A DNA stretch of 64,000 nt from Magallana gigas (Eukaryota). Positions 13,001-24,474 of the stretch are shown here, in pieces (the first letter of the stretch is position 1; each line of letters begins with the position of its first letter). The notes under the pieces were generated by a model, which saw only the letters and a list, made by a program, of their open reading frames with translations, ran no database searches and was not told where the DNA came from. The stretch lies in assembly GCF_963853765.1 (NCBI RefSeq), contig NC_088860.1, forward strand, positions 23,436,001 through 23,500,000. Reading direction: 5' to 3'. The position numbers were made by a program, and so were the translations under genes.

Positions 13001-16000
13001 TTTCTAATTCATTAATGAACCACAAACTTTTGTCAAAAGAATTACATTACCGGGTATCTTTTTCTTCATTGTTTATTTTTCATTTGTACGATCCCATTTT
13101 TTGATCAATTTCTTTATTATGCACTCATATATGATAATGTACATGTGTTGGTGCATTGATAAGACTAATCATTTGAACATTTAGGCTAATATATGATATA
13201 ATTTGAGTAATTTTTCACAAAATTTCGAAGATACATGTAAAAGGATAGATTGTACAATCTCTGTAGTGCTTCTGGGACAATAGAATATCCGTCATTTTTA
13301 CATCCTCATTATGTCCATTAAGCAATAAACTCTGTATGCGAAATAGGTAACTAAGGACAATTTATTTTAGAAACATAACTAAAAGTAAAGAGCAAACTTA
13401 ATAAATTTCTGACTAATTGAAGCCAGGATTACTCTTCCAAGTTTTTTTTAATAAAGACACAAAATACTTCTGAAAACTCTGAATTTAATCGAAAAGTTTC
13501 ATAAAATAGTAACGTCAAACCCTGTTTTCAATAATCTCGGTGAAAAAATCAATTTGAACATCGAAGTTTGTTGGTATCAACTGTCAAATTTGAATGTCTG
13601 CTTTCGTCCGTATTTTTCAATTGCTTATTCATGAAATAAAATAGATATGGATTTATGGTAGAGTTACAATATCCCAACCACGATATGAAAAACCAAGTCC
13701 TTTTCGAGTTTTGAAATCCAAATGTGTTTTCAAGAACCATAAGGACAAAGAATGGAGTTGTAAATGCGATAAATGCGCTCTGCAGAACTATCAAAGTTTT
13801 TGTCACTCTCGTCTCGAGTTTCCTACCCCTTTGGCTATCACCGGAATAATTTTCGCCAATGTGGTTAAACATTTCCTTTTTTCTGTTGCTCACTTTTCGA
13901 TAAATATTCACACTTGCAAATATATTCAAACTCAGTGGAAGGTAAAACGCAATGAGAGATCCAAGATTTGCAGCAAGTCCCTTAACAATGAATAAGTTTT
14001 CGCACTTGTTTTCTTCGGTGACAAAAATAATGGTCAAAGAAAGAGAAAAAGACACGAGCCAGCATAGACAAATGAGTACAACTACGACTTTCCTGCTCAT
14101 GATTCGGAAATACTTGAACGGCTTGCTCACGGCCACGAATCTGTCGATGTTCATACACGTGAAGTGTAACACAGATGACGTTGTGAACAAGCAGTCTAAC
14201 ATGAACAGTGCACGGTCGGCCATCGTCTCTCTGACCAATGCTACACCCAGTAGTCCGTGGACAATGGAAGGAGTCATCACGAGCAGGCCCACACAACCGT
14301 CCGCCACAGCCAGGGACACAACGAACACATAGATTTTTCTATGAAACTGCTTCCTTTTCACCACTTTGACAATCAGCATAATGTTGCCGTACACAGTTAA
14401 TATCACGATGATGAATAGAATGATCGTACACAATATTCTCCAAGTTCTGCTTCCTATGATTTCATGCTCTTCACATTTTACATGTGTCTGTGAATGATTT
14501 AAGGTAGCGTTCTCCATACTTGCCGAGGAAAAGTAGTACAGCTCCCGTCAATACTTATGCATCAACTAGTTCGTTCTCTTTGACCATGGAGAGCAGCTTC
14601 CGCCGTCATTCAATAATCATTTGACGTTGTGACTAGCAAATACAACAGACGATTTCCTGATGCATGTACTAAATAAAATACTCGTGTATTTGTAATAATA
14701 ACTGCAATAAATAAAACCCAGTATATCATCTCGCCTTTCAAACATTATCTAAAATGCGTGTTTTATGGCTTGGATTCTTATGGGTGTCATCCAACCAGAA
14801 AAAACGAACTTTTAAAGCACATAATTTCTNNNNNNNNNNNNNNNNNNNNNNNNNNNNNNNNNNNNNNNNNNNNNNNNNNNNNNNNNNNNNNNNNNNNNNN
14901 NNNNNNNNNNNNNNNNNNNNNNNNNNNNNNNNNNNNNNNNNNNNNNNNNNNNNNNNNNATAGATAAACAACATCATATATTAGTATATCGTATAACATAA
15001 ATTGTTTACGTCACAATACGACATGCATTCAACACGTATTAATCCGTTTGGCATTAGGGTTAAATTTTGTACAAATTAATATTATTTTACTTAATAATGT
15101 GCCTTGTTTTCTGATTCTAGTCGTAAAAAGTTAAATCATAATGAATAAATTTATTTGCTACGAGTGATGTCTCCCACCTGTTGAGCAGATTCGGCGCGCT
15201 CGGATACAAAGTTCAAAGGGAATACATTTTTTGTAGAATCAGAGTGGCTGGGTTTTTCTAATAAAATAAATATGTTTGTCAGTGGGTTTACAGTAAAGGT
15301 CCGTAAAAAAGAATCCTTCTTCAAGAGAAATGTTACATTATCATGGCTTATCAGTGACATTTGCTGGTTTTCCTTTCAAAATTCCGAGCTTGCTTCACAA
15401 ACCTTGTGGGAATGGTTCGATCGTCGTATGCTTTTCCGAACAGCACTAATGTAAATGATTTTCATACAATTGTCGTAATGAAAACGCTTGGATTATATAT
15501 GATGCCTTTAAACGATATTTCCACGACAATGACTGAACTATTTCAAATCACACATGCCTCCTAAATAGTTAAAGTATCAACATCTTCGGGGTATTATCAT
15601 TCATTACCATTAATTTCATCGAGAAGTTATCTAAACACATTTGAGATCAAACGTCTAGTCTTAAAACAATTTCCTGTTAATCATTCTAAATTTTATCTGT
15701 ATTTTAACTGATTCTGCTGTAAAAAAAAAAATATTCGTTAAAAATATATATATCTTGTCAATTTTCGTATAAAAACAATACAGAGTTTAAAGTGTAAAGA
15801 TAAACTCTTTGTTTGTATACCGTTTCCTTGTTGGGTTAAAATTGGTTATTAATTCCAAAGTTCGAAAGTTAGAGTTATTGTGCACAAGGGTAAAATATTT
15901 ATTTCGTAATACTGATTTTTTAAAAATGAACTTGTATCTAACACATTCAGTAATTAGATAAGTACTTTTTAAATTGCGAAATTTGTTTAAAGTGACACGG

Positions 16001-17057
16001 TGACTCAAAAAAGTTGTTTCACTTTTTTATTATACCAATGGAAATAAGAAGAAATGTACGAAATTTCATCAAACGGAATTAAGGTTTCAAGCATTATAAG
16101 CAACCAACTATTAGTTTACAAGTCGTTAAAACTCATTCGGAATTACATGTGTGAACACACTGAGTAGTTTTGAACACTGTTTTGAGTGTCACGTGATTGC
16201 GATTGCTGTCTAAAAATAGTTACAGTGAAGTTGACACACAGAGAAAAGAATCTAAATTTGAATTTATTCGATGTGCATAGAGAGAAACATGCATTTACAG
16301 AGATGGCATTTTAATAAATACATAGTTCTTGAAGACATCAGGTTTCACCGAGAGGCCGTTCGCTCATGTTAATTGCCACGCTGCATTGTATACATTTTTT
16401 GCAGCTAGTGCATGTTTACATGCGCTTGCGGGGCTATGAAGCGGGAGGAAAACTCAATTTTTATGTGTTGGCCCAACGCTTAATTCTATTTTTCTCTTTT
16501 TAATTGGATTTATTTACTTTTAAACATCGTAGTTTTTCTAAAGTTCATCTTTTTCATATGATATATGAAATTTATCTATATGATATATGGAAATCGCGTA
16601 AAAAATCTATATTTAGTAGACGTGAATTTGTGAGTCACCATGTCTTTGCAAGGGAAGCAAAACACTTGGCAGAGTATTCCCTCGTGAAAAAATTGCCAAG
16701 TAAGAATTACTAGGTAGATGAAACATCAATTGCTTGGAACCAAACTTTTAATCTAGTAATGAGAGCTTTCTGATTCTATCAAAGATTTATTGCAATGCAT
16801 CATCTCAACGTCCGTAAGTAGTAAAAGAAATTGATTTTTCCATGGTTTACGGGTGTTGCAATGAACACTGGGAGAGGGCGGTCTAAGTTATGGAACTTGT
16901 GCCCAATCCCAATTGTATTTTGTACAATAAAAATATGTTCAAATCAAACATCTTTTTTTTTCATTACGAGATGACAGAGACGACAAGTTTAATGCCTCAG
17001 CTGATTTGGTGCATGTTGAAAAGTCATCTTTATTGCGTATTTACCTTAAATATCATT
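10034..17057. repeat. Tandem segmental duplication, copy 2 (possibly an uncollapsed haplotype)
   Basis: Collinear with 1..8250. N gaps sit at the equivalent position in both copies. Lacks the 640 bp segment 5536..6175. Confidence 0.95.
13549..14517 (-). CDS. Intronless class A GPCR, biogenic/trace-amine receptor-like, copy 2 (322 aa)
   Basis: ~97% identical to 4161..5171. Keeps canonical TM7 WLGYCNSTINP. Stops earlier because it lacks a 4-nt aatt duplication. Confidence 0.9.
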   Translation of the reverse strand: MENATLNHSQTHVKCEEHEIIGSRTWRILCTIILFIIVILTVYGNIMLIVKVVKRKQFHRKIYVFVVSLAVADGCVGLLVMTPSIVHGLLGVALVRETMADRALFMLDCLFTTSSVLHFTCMNIDRFVAVSKPFKYFRIMSRKVVVVLICLCWLVSFSLSLTIIFVTEENKCENLFIVKGLAANLGSLIAFYLPLSLNIFASVNIYRKVSNRKKEMFNHIGENYSGDSQRGRKLETRVTKTLIVLQSAFIAFTTPFFVLMVLENTFGFQNSKRTWFFISWLGYCNSTINPYLFYFMNKQLKNTDESRHSNLTVDTNKLRCSN

Positions 17058-17783
17058 GTATAACCAAAACTTGAGGATGTTAAATGAACAAAAATTTGAT
17101 GCATATTCCATACGATGACTATTCTTCTTTATATTGGATATATGGTTTTCATTATTCAATGAAATTTATGGGTAAAAATAATATCAAATAGAATTTCCTC
17201 TAATCCATTTATTATTTTAAAAATGCAATCCAATATACTAGTAATCCTTTCTTGAATGTTTCTATGGATTTAGACATTTGATTTATTTAGATTTTAATTT
17301 TTTAAAAATCAAATATCTAATAAGATCCGTTTTGTTTCGGCATATACTTTAGAACGTTTAGAAGAAAAAGAAAAAGGTAAAAAAAAAATGTTCAAATTTA
17401 TAAAACACTAATGTCTGGAAATAAACTGGTTTTCTTTCGTACATTACTACGCATATGATGATCCCTTTATTATGTTCAGATGTCTTTCAATATCCTTCAA
17501 TATCTCTATTTTTAAAATATTAAATTCCCTATTACAATAACAAAAATGCGATTATTGTTTACTTGATTAATTATTTTACCTGCAAATGCGTCATCAGATG
17601 GTGTGCACAAATACTAATACAAAATAAATTGATAGATAAACTAATGCGCGAAATTTAATAAAACACGCTCCTAATGTTATGGAATCTCCATGTCTTTAAA
17701 TACGGTTGCTGTGAAATACATGATTATAGTTTAAGATTTTCCACGGTGGACGTTTTGTGATTTTTTTCATTCTGAGAAATAAA

Positions 17784-18932
17784 ATGGCCATGAATACGTC
17801 TGATTATCTGGACAAATTAAAGGGTATAATTCAAAAATTCCGAATGTTCTACATAATGGAAAACTCATGTCTGACGCTTAATATGTCCTCCTGGGTGCAA
17901 TACTACGTGTATGTTGCTCCACTTCTGGTGGCTATCGCGATCCTCGTCAATATCTTCATTGTTATCGTTTTCGTAAAAGCAAGAATATTTGGAACTACTC
18001 AGAAATGGATTTTAGCTTGCATGACAATTGACAACATTTTCATGATGGGAATGCACGCTTTTCTGTTTCGTTTAACACTTCTGAATGAGTTGTTTGGATA
18101 TGTTAAATATTCTGAATGTCGAATTAATATGGCGATGTTCAACACCTTATATTTAATTCATGGCACATCGATGTGGCTTAAAACATCCATGGCGTTCCAT
18201 AGGGTCTTGGTGCTTGGTTTCCCACTGAAGATGAAGGAAATTAACTTTCCTAAAATTGTTGGCAGTTTTTTCGTCTGTCATTCTGTAATAGGCTTTCTGT
18301 CGTTTATTCCAAATCAGATGCAATATACATTCACCCCTTTAAATGCCATTCAAATTAAGCCCGGAAGTCAACTGTTTCAAGTTATTCAATGCTGTGTCTT
18401 AGAGCCGTCCATAAGTGGATTCGATCATGCTTCATTTGGGTGGGTTAGCATTATGTATGCAACTGTTTATGTGAATTTATTGCCCAACATGTTGACGGGG
18501 ATTTTAACTTTAGTCTTAATGGTTCAAATTCGTAATCACATGAAAAGGCTTGCTTCCGTAAATGTAACGGCACGTAAACGAAGTGTTCCTTATATTCTTG
18601 TTACCAAAGTCTCAATTGTTCTTTCGATAAGCTATAATGTCCAACAGGTACCGTTCTTTACAACTTTCCTACAAAGTGACATTGAAAAGGCGCGAGAAGC
18701 AAACTCCATGTGGTACATATTCAGCGCTCTTTCAAGTAACATTGCCAAACCAATTGAATTCTTAATTTACCTTTCCTTAAGTGAAAAATTCAGACGTAAA
18801 TCGTTAGATATTATTTTCTGTAGAAAAGAAACGGCTTCTGTTTCGGCTGTTTCGACCAAATCAAATCATATTTTGACCAAGAGTCGGTCCAAAACGGCCA
18901 AAAGATCCAATAATTCTGGTTATAGTGGGTAA
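17784..18932 (+). CDS. Intronless class A GPCR, FMRFamide/sex-peptide receptor-like (Srw-type, possibly chemosensory), 382 aa from first ATG
   Basis: TM3 SMWLKTSMAFHRVLVLGFPLK resembles S.WLT..LA.ERYIAVC.PLK; TM5 LLP; TM7/helix 8 IEFLIYLSLSEKFRR resembles NF..Y...S.KFR; C3.25 and ECL2 Cys present. The ORF track starts at GTG 17757; first ATG is 17784. Confidence 0.8.
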   Translation: MAMNTSDYLDKLKGIIQKFRMFYIMENSCLTLNMSSWVQYYVYVAPLLVAIAILVNIFIVIVFVKARIFGTTQKWILACMTIDNIFMMGMHAFLFRLTLLNELFGYVKYSECRINMAMFNTLYLIHGTSMWLKTSMAFHRVLVLGFPLKMKEINFPKIVGSFFVCHSVIGFLSFIPNQMQYTFTPLNAIQIKPGSQLFQVIQCCVLEPSISGFDHASFGWVSIMYATVYVNLLPNMLTGILTLVLMVQIRNHMKRLASVNVTARKRSVPYILVTKVSIVLSISYNVQQVPFFTTFLQSDIEKAREANSMWYIFSALSSNIAKPIEFLIYLSLSEKFRRKSLDIIFCRKETASVSAVSTKSNHILTKSRSKTAKRSNNSGYSG

Positions 18933-20939
18933 ATCTTAAGAACTGCTTTAAAGTCAGCTTTTGATCCGGAGGAAAACCGCTTTAAAGGCGAAGTCAAAAC
19001 ATGAGTAGCCTTATAAATAAAATGTGAAATGATCAATTTCATCTTCATCCAAAGATATTTCGATGGATTTGTTTAGTTTTTTTTTGCTTCTACTGGATGT
19101 GAAAAATGAGTATGACATCCAGTTGTAAATTTCGAAATTTGTTATGTATAGAAACGTAAAATTATCCTTTTCTATGAACATTTTTGAAAAAAAAGATATG
19201 GTGAAATTTGGAAAAAAAGTGAATATATAAAAAAATATACATGTGTAAAAAATTGTGTAAACTGTGATAATGTTTTTTATAAGCCGTAATTTGTTGATCA
19301 TTTGTATACAAGCATAATGTCAAGAATAATGTATCTTTTTCAATTTTGTAAAGTTTATGACCCCCGCCCCCTCACTTCCTTTTAACTGAGTTTATTGTAT
19401 TTTACAGTCTGTAATATCTTTGCATGTCTTTTAAGTTTGAAATTTATAGTCTATGATGAGTCACTCATATGACAATATAGGGTTTCATTTTTCTACATTA
19501 TACTAGTACATGTATATTTTATCACTTAAATGTTATATAAACTTACGTACCTTTGTTATATATTGTACAATTTTTATGTATGTTTACACAATGTAGAATG
19601 TTATGATATTCAGAAAATAATTGATGTTGGGACGCAATTTTTTTTTATTCCTGTTACAAGTTTAAATTTTTAGGTTTCATGATGTTTGATACACAACAAA
19701 GCTTTTAAAACAATTAATTGAACTTGTGTTACAAATGTAAATGTGTGCTCCCAAACTTATGGATTCTTTCTTCTAAATAAAGACATTTTAATTTTTGTTA
19801 AGAATAAAATTATGCGGACGTACAAAAAGAGTGGTTTTATTTTGTTTTAAATTTATTTTCAACAAAATACAAATATTGAAGTAACATGCATATTAAGGAG
19901 ACTGGATGGTCAACAAAATTAACCATAAGATCTGTCTTTTTAAAAATGATTTGTTAAGCTACAACGATAAACTATTATATTAAGAAATTTTCTTTTTCTA
20001 TATTTGAATTTAAATAAGTGTATCGCCTTCCAACATAAATTGGGACCCAGTACCACCTTCCTTGTTGTTACGTGCCTTAATAATTGTGAGTTAACAGAAA
20101 CAAAGGGATATTATTTTCTACAGAAGTTATCTCTCTTATCAGAGGTACAATCCACCTTAAAGTTTGAATGTTTCAAATTCCTATAATTCTTTATAAAGAG
20201 CTCTTCTTCTGAAGGAGACATATAAAGTCTAATTATGGCAGTGACCATCTAGACCTCTTAAAGGAACAGTGTGAAAGTGCTAGGGGTCTTCTCTGGTCAC
20301 GAACAACCAGTTACATTTATATTACTCAATTCAGTTCTCGTGGTTGTTGCTATGGCAATGGGTTGAATAATGTATAATACTGTAAGGTGAACCAAAGTGC
20401 ATCTTATTATATCTATTGATATCAAAGGAATCCCATGAGGCCATATTTCTTAGCGTCCCGATACGTTGATGCAAAGAAAAAAATTATACGATGAAATGTG
20501 TAGTCATGTATAAATCTTTCGAGTTATATACAGGGCATACATGTATATTAATTGTAACATACGAACTTACATGAGTAATAGCAGGCAACATATCATCAGA
20601 GTAAAAAGAACTTCAGGGCAAGCTTCTTTTGTTTATTCGACTTTCTTGTTAAACCCCAACTTTTTATTGATACAACTTTTTTTGGCATATGTAAGTTGTA
20701 CATTCCAATACGGTTTACAAAATTATGTGTTACTAAAACATCAGTTGCTTTCATGGCATTCAATTCAGTTCGGTGAAAAAAAAATCAAATTGAACCAAAA
20801 ACTTTCCATATTTTCAATAATTGTTTTAAAAATTCATGTAAAATAAAAAAAAACTCCACTAATTTACTTTATGAGTTTGATATGAATTATTTTACTCATT
20901 ACCTGCCATAACTTCAATTAATGTAGCATTACTTAAGAA

Positions 20940-21110
20940 AAATAAGGAATCATGAGTTTTATGATTTTTTAATATCAAATTGCAGAATTGCTGAAAACTA
21001 TATGAATATAAGTAATAAGGAATCATTTTTTGAATATTATGAGGTGACCAAATACGTTTGGGTTTGATCAAATCTTTCACAAAGCCCTTTTCGGGCTTTG
21101 ATCACACACA
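20940..21110. repeat. Partial copy of hairpin family 2 (duplicate at ~25945..26120)
   Basis: aaactatatgaatataagtaataaggaatcatt...tattatgaggtga...aaagcccttttcgggcttt matches 62240..62335. Confidence 0.65.
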
Positions 21111-21149
21111 ATAGTCTTTAAAAAACGTAGACGTGCTCAGAGTAATGCG

Positions 21150-21349
21150 TACTGTATGCATGCAGGGAAATATTTGCCCCCCCCCCCCCCCCTGTTGTCA
21201 TTGGGCGAATTCTAATGTCTCAAATATAAATATTTCTTATATATACCTTATAAAACTACTGTATTTGGGCGAATTCAAGACTGGGCGAAGCCGTTTGCAA
21301 GTGTAGGTGAACGAAAATAAAACGGGGCGAAATTAACCATGTATACAGT
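21150..21349. mobile_element. MITE with tactgtatacaggg...gggcgaaa-type TIRs (Tc1/mariner-like); copies at 26163..26346 and, inverted, 30788..31154
   Basis: Ends tactgtat...atacagt, with repeated gggcgaa/ttcgccc sub-terminal motifs. Confidence 0.6.
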
Positions 21350-23841
21350 GTTCAGAATGAACAGTTTTGAAATCTGTCATATATTTTAAAAGATAATCAA
21401 TCGATCTTTATTAGGATTAGGTTGCAAAAAATTCATTGAAAAAAATGCATGGATATATATAGGTTCTTGTCTGTAGGTGAATGCTTCAGGTTTTAAGTTT
21501 AATGTCCTTTGATGAACTCTGAATAACATTTTCAGACATGCGATAGGAATCATACACGTGAAAATGATATCAAATTTTATTACAGCTATTTCATACAGCA
21601 ACAAATTTGAGGAATTCAATTTTGTCTTAATATGTATTTACATGCACATCAGTAAAACGTTATTAGTAACACAAGTCTAATATTTGTTGACACATTTCAC
21701 AATATTAAAATGAATTTTAATAATCTGTATTTGATTAAATGAAAGAACGTGAACAACTCTATCAGAGTAATCTGTCTGTTTGTTTTTTCAATACAAAAAA
21801 GATGACGAATTTCTAGAGTTTTTGTGTAAAACGCCATTGAAACGGTAATTTCTACCTACACCACAGCATGGCTTTTATCAATATATAATTATTGCCATCT
21901 TAATATAGATCTTAGATTCAAGAGGGGAAATATTTCACACTTGTGATTTGTGTTACATTTATACCAAATACTTGTACACACCTGTACCATAGAAAATGTG
22001 CGAAATTTTAAAAAAAGTTATTTGAAAAATTTATATTCCTTCAATCTTTAACAGAGCAATACCAACATCTGATTCTCTGTTGGAGAATGCGTTTTTTTTT
22101 TACAAAAACTATAAGGATTTTAATAATAAAGAATTGCAAATGCTGACACTGCTCTTAGTGATAATCTGGATATGAAGGGCGGGAATACTGTGATAAATAA
22201 TGGCATCCTCTGATAAAAATGAATAAATAAGCCAACCAAAATTTAAAAAAAAGGCATGAATAGGTTTGGATGCAGAAATTTTTCTAGGGGCGTTCAAGGT
22301 TAAAACTCAATTTTAGGACCTTTTCCTGGAAGGACCTGGTCAAGATGTGCAGTGAAGTTTGTTTATATCTACGTTCTGACGTGATTTTGATTACAATTAC
22401 AATCAATATGATTAATTTTGATTCTACAAAACAGAGTAGTTAAATACGATTTTATTGGAATTTTACTTGCATTTCAGCGTTTCCATTCTGGATCACGCTA
22501 TTCACAAATGTCATTTCCAAATGAGTCAGTCAGTAAATACGTTTTGTTGATGACAAATTTAATACCTGTAGCCATACAGTAAGGGAATAGTTTTACCGTG
22601 TTTTTTTTTTCCATTATCTTTAATAATGGACCGAAAAAATCTATCCATTATTATTAAGAATGGACACTTACAGGTAACTTATTAGATTGTTTTAATTTTA
22701 TTTTAGGCCGATATTTTTAGTTTCCTTTCCCTTAAAACAATAAATTGGAGCCTTCTAGTATCCAGTGATTCCATGGTCAGAAAGCCCCGAGTCCTCTCGG
22801 TGCTCATTTATACAAACTGTGGGGTTTCACTGGTACTGTTATAATTTCAACAAATTGTAAACATCAAATTGACTTTAAAGATAAGAAGATAGTGAAGCCG
22901 ATAAGCAATGTACAGTTTATTTACATGAATGGTACATGTAGGATAAATAGCAACACAAGCACTGTGATAAAACATAATTTTTTTTTCTCTACAATATACT
23001 TTTAAAAACCGAATACATGTATATGTACTTCAATAAATTACACTATACTGCCTTTTTTGTTTTGGAAATAAATAAACACCACTATCAAGGCAGATAATAA
23101 ATTTATGGTAACATACAATCATATTGATTCTTATTCTTGGTTTTAATATGACACTGTATCATCGTTCTCTGACATGATGTTAAGTTGCAGCTAGAAGTCA
23201 GTTGTTGTTTTTTCCCTCCCATTTGTCAACTTATCGGATCTTGTTTGATTATTACCACCACGTAAGCAGTGAATGTTGTTGGAATCACTTAGTCTTTAAA
23301 TTTCAGTTAATGGGAAGAATCTTCATGGCAAGAGGACAAAACTCTTGTAGTATCATGAATGCCACTCTTTGATTTCCACAGTCTTACTTGTTGTATTACA
23401 AACATAAAATTTATGTCGGTTTTATCTAAAAAAAAATGGGATCAATGACCTAATGATAACTTTTCTCAAAAGGAAAACATTACATTGTCAATATCTGTCA
23501 TATTTTGCCCCCCAAAACATGTTCAAATAGTGTGCATTTTATTCAAAATTGTCACAGAGGGTAACTTCTTTGCAAGTGAACATAACTTCCTTAATTATAC
23601 TTTTATCTACTTGGTAACATTAGATACAAGTAAATTTTAGAAGTGAAAATAAAAATATCATCAGATACAGTATGACTTCAACAGTAAAAATGTCAAAGAA
23701 CAGTCTACTGTACATGATTGTATGACCTTTGAAACACAGATACAAGGCAGCAATTTTTCTTCAGAGAGCAATGGGACTAGTTATTTATCTATCAGTGTTC
23801 AATCTTACGCAAATATTAATGTTGTTTTGAGAGACATAAAG

Positions 23842-24193
23842 TTGTTATACTTTCATGTTAAATACTGAAATCTGATTGGTTTAGACGCAGTTCATAATCT
23901 GTTCTATTACCCTCAGCGTTAGCAACGCACTTAGCAACGGGTAACATTACGAATTGTTACATGCGCGGTAATCATGCGCGTACGGTTCGCCTTAGAATTC
24001 ACGTTATTCCTATCTTAAAGCAGTGATGTTTTCTTTAAAATTAAGACATTCAGTATAACAAAATAAATAGTGCCTGTTTGGGAGGATAACAGTTGAAATT
24101 TACACCCCTCGGAAACCATTCGCGTCGGTTGACAATGGTTTTCTCGGGGTGTCAATTTCAACTGTTACCCTCCCAAACAGGCACTATTTATAT
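23842..24193 (+). mobile_element. Hairpin element family 1, copy A (no TIRs; putative non-autonomous Crypton-like DNA element) at the duplication junction
   Basis: Shared 5' end TTGTTATACTTTCATG and 3' end GGCACTATTTATAT with copies at 38600, 45723 and 59175. ~65 bp-arm terminal hairpin with a 13 nt apex deletion. Superfamily assignment is inference. Confidence 0.8.
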
Positions 24194-24388
24194 GTTATAA
24201 GCCGTAATCTGTTGATCATTTGTATACAAGCATAATGTCAAGAATAATGTATTTTTTTCAATTTTGTAAAGGTTATGACCCACGTCCCCTAACTTTGTTT
24301 TAACTGAGTATATTGTATTTTACAGTCTGTAATATCTTTGCATGTCTTTTAAGTTTGAAATCTATAGTCTATGATGAGTCACTCATAA

Positions 24389-24474
<86 letters not shown>

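Larger units (their letters stand above)
19272..23841. repeat. 4.6 kb tandem duplication, copy 1 (no recognisable CDS)
   Basis: gtt..ataagccgtaat..ttgatcatttgtatacaagc at 19272 recurs at 24194. Collinear to gagagacataaag (23841 vs 28864). Confidence 0.95.
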
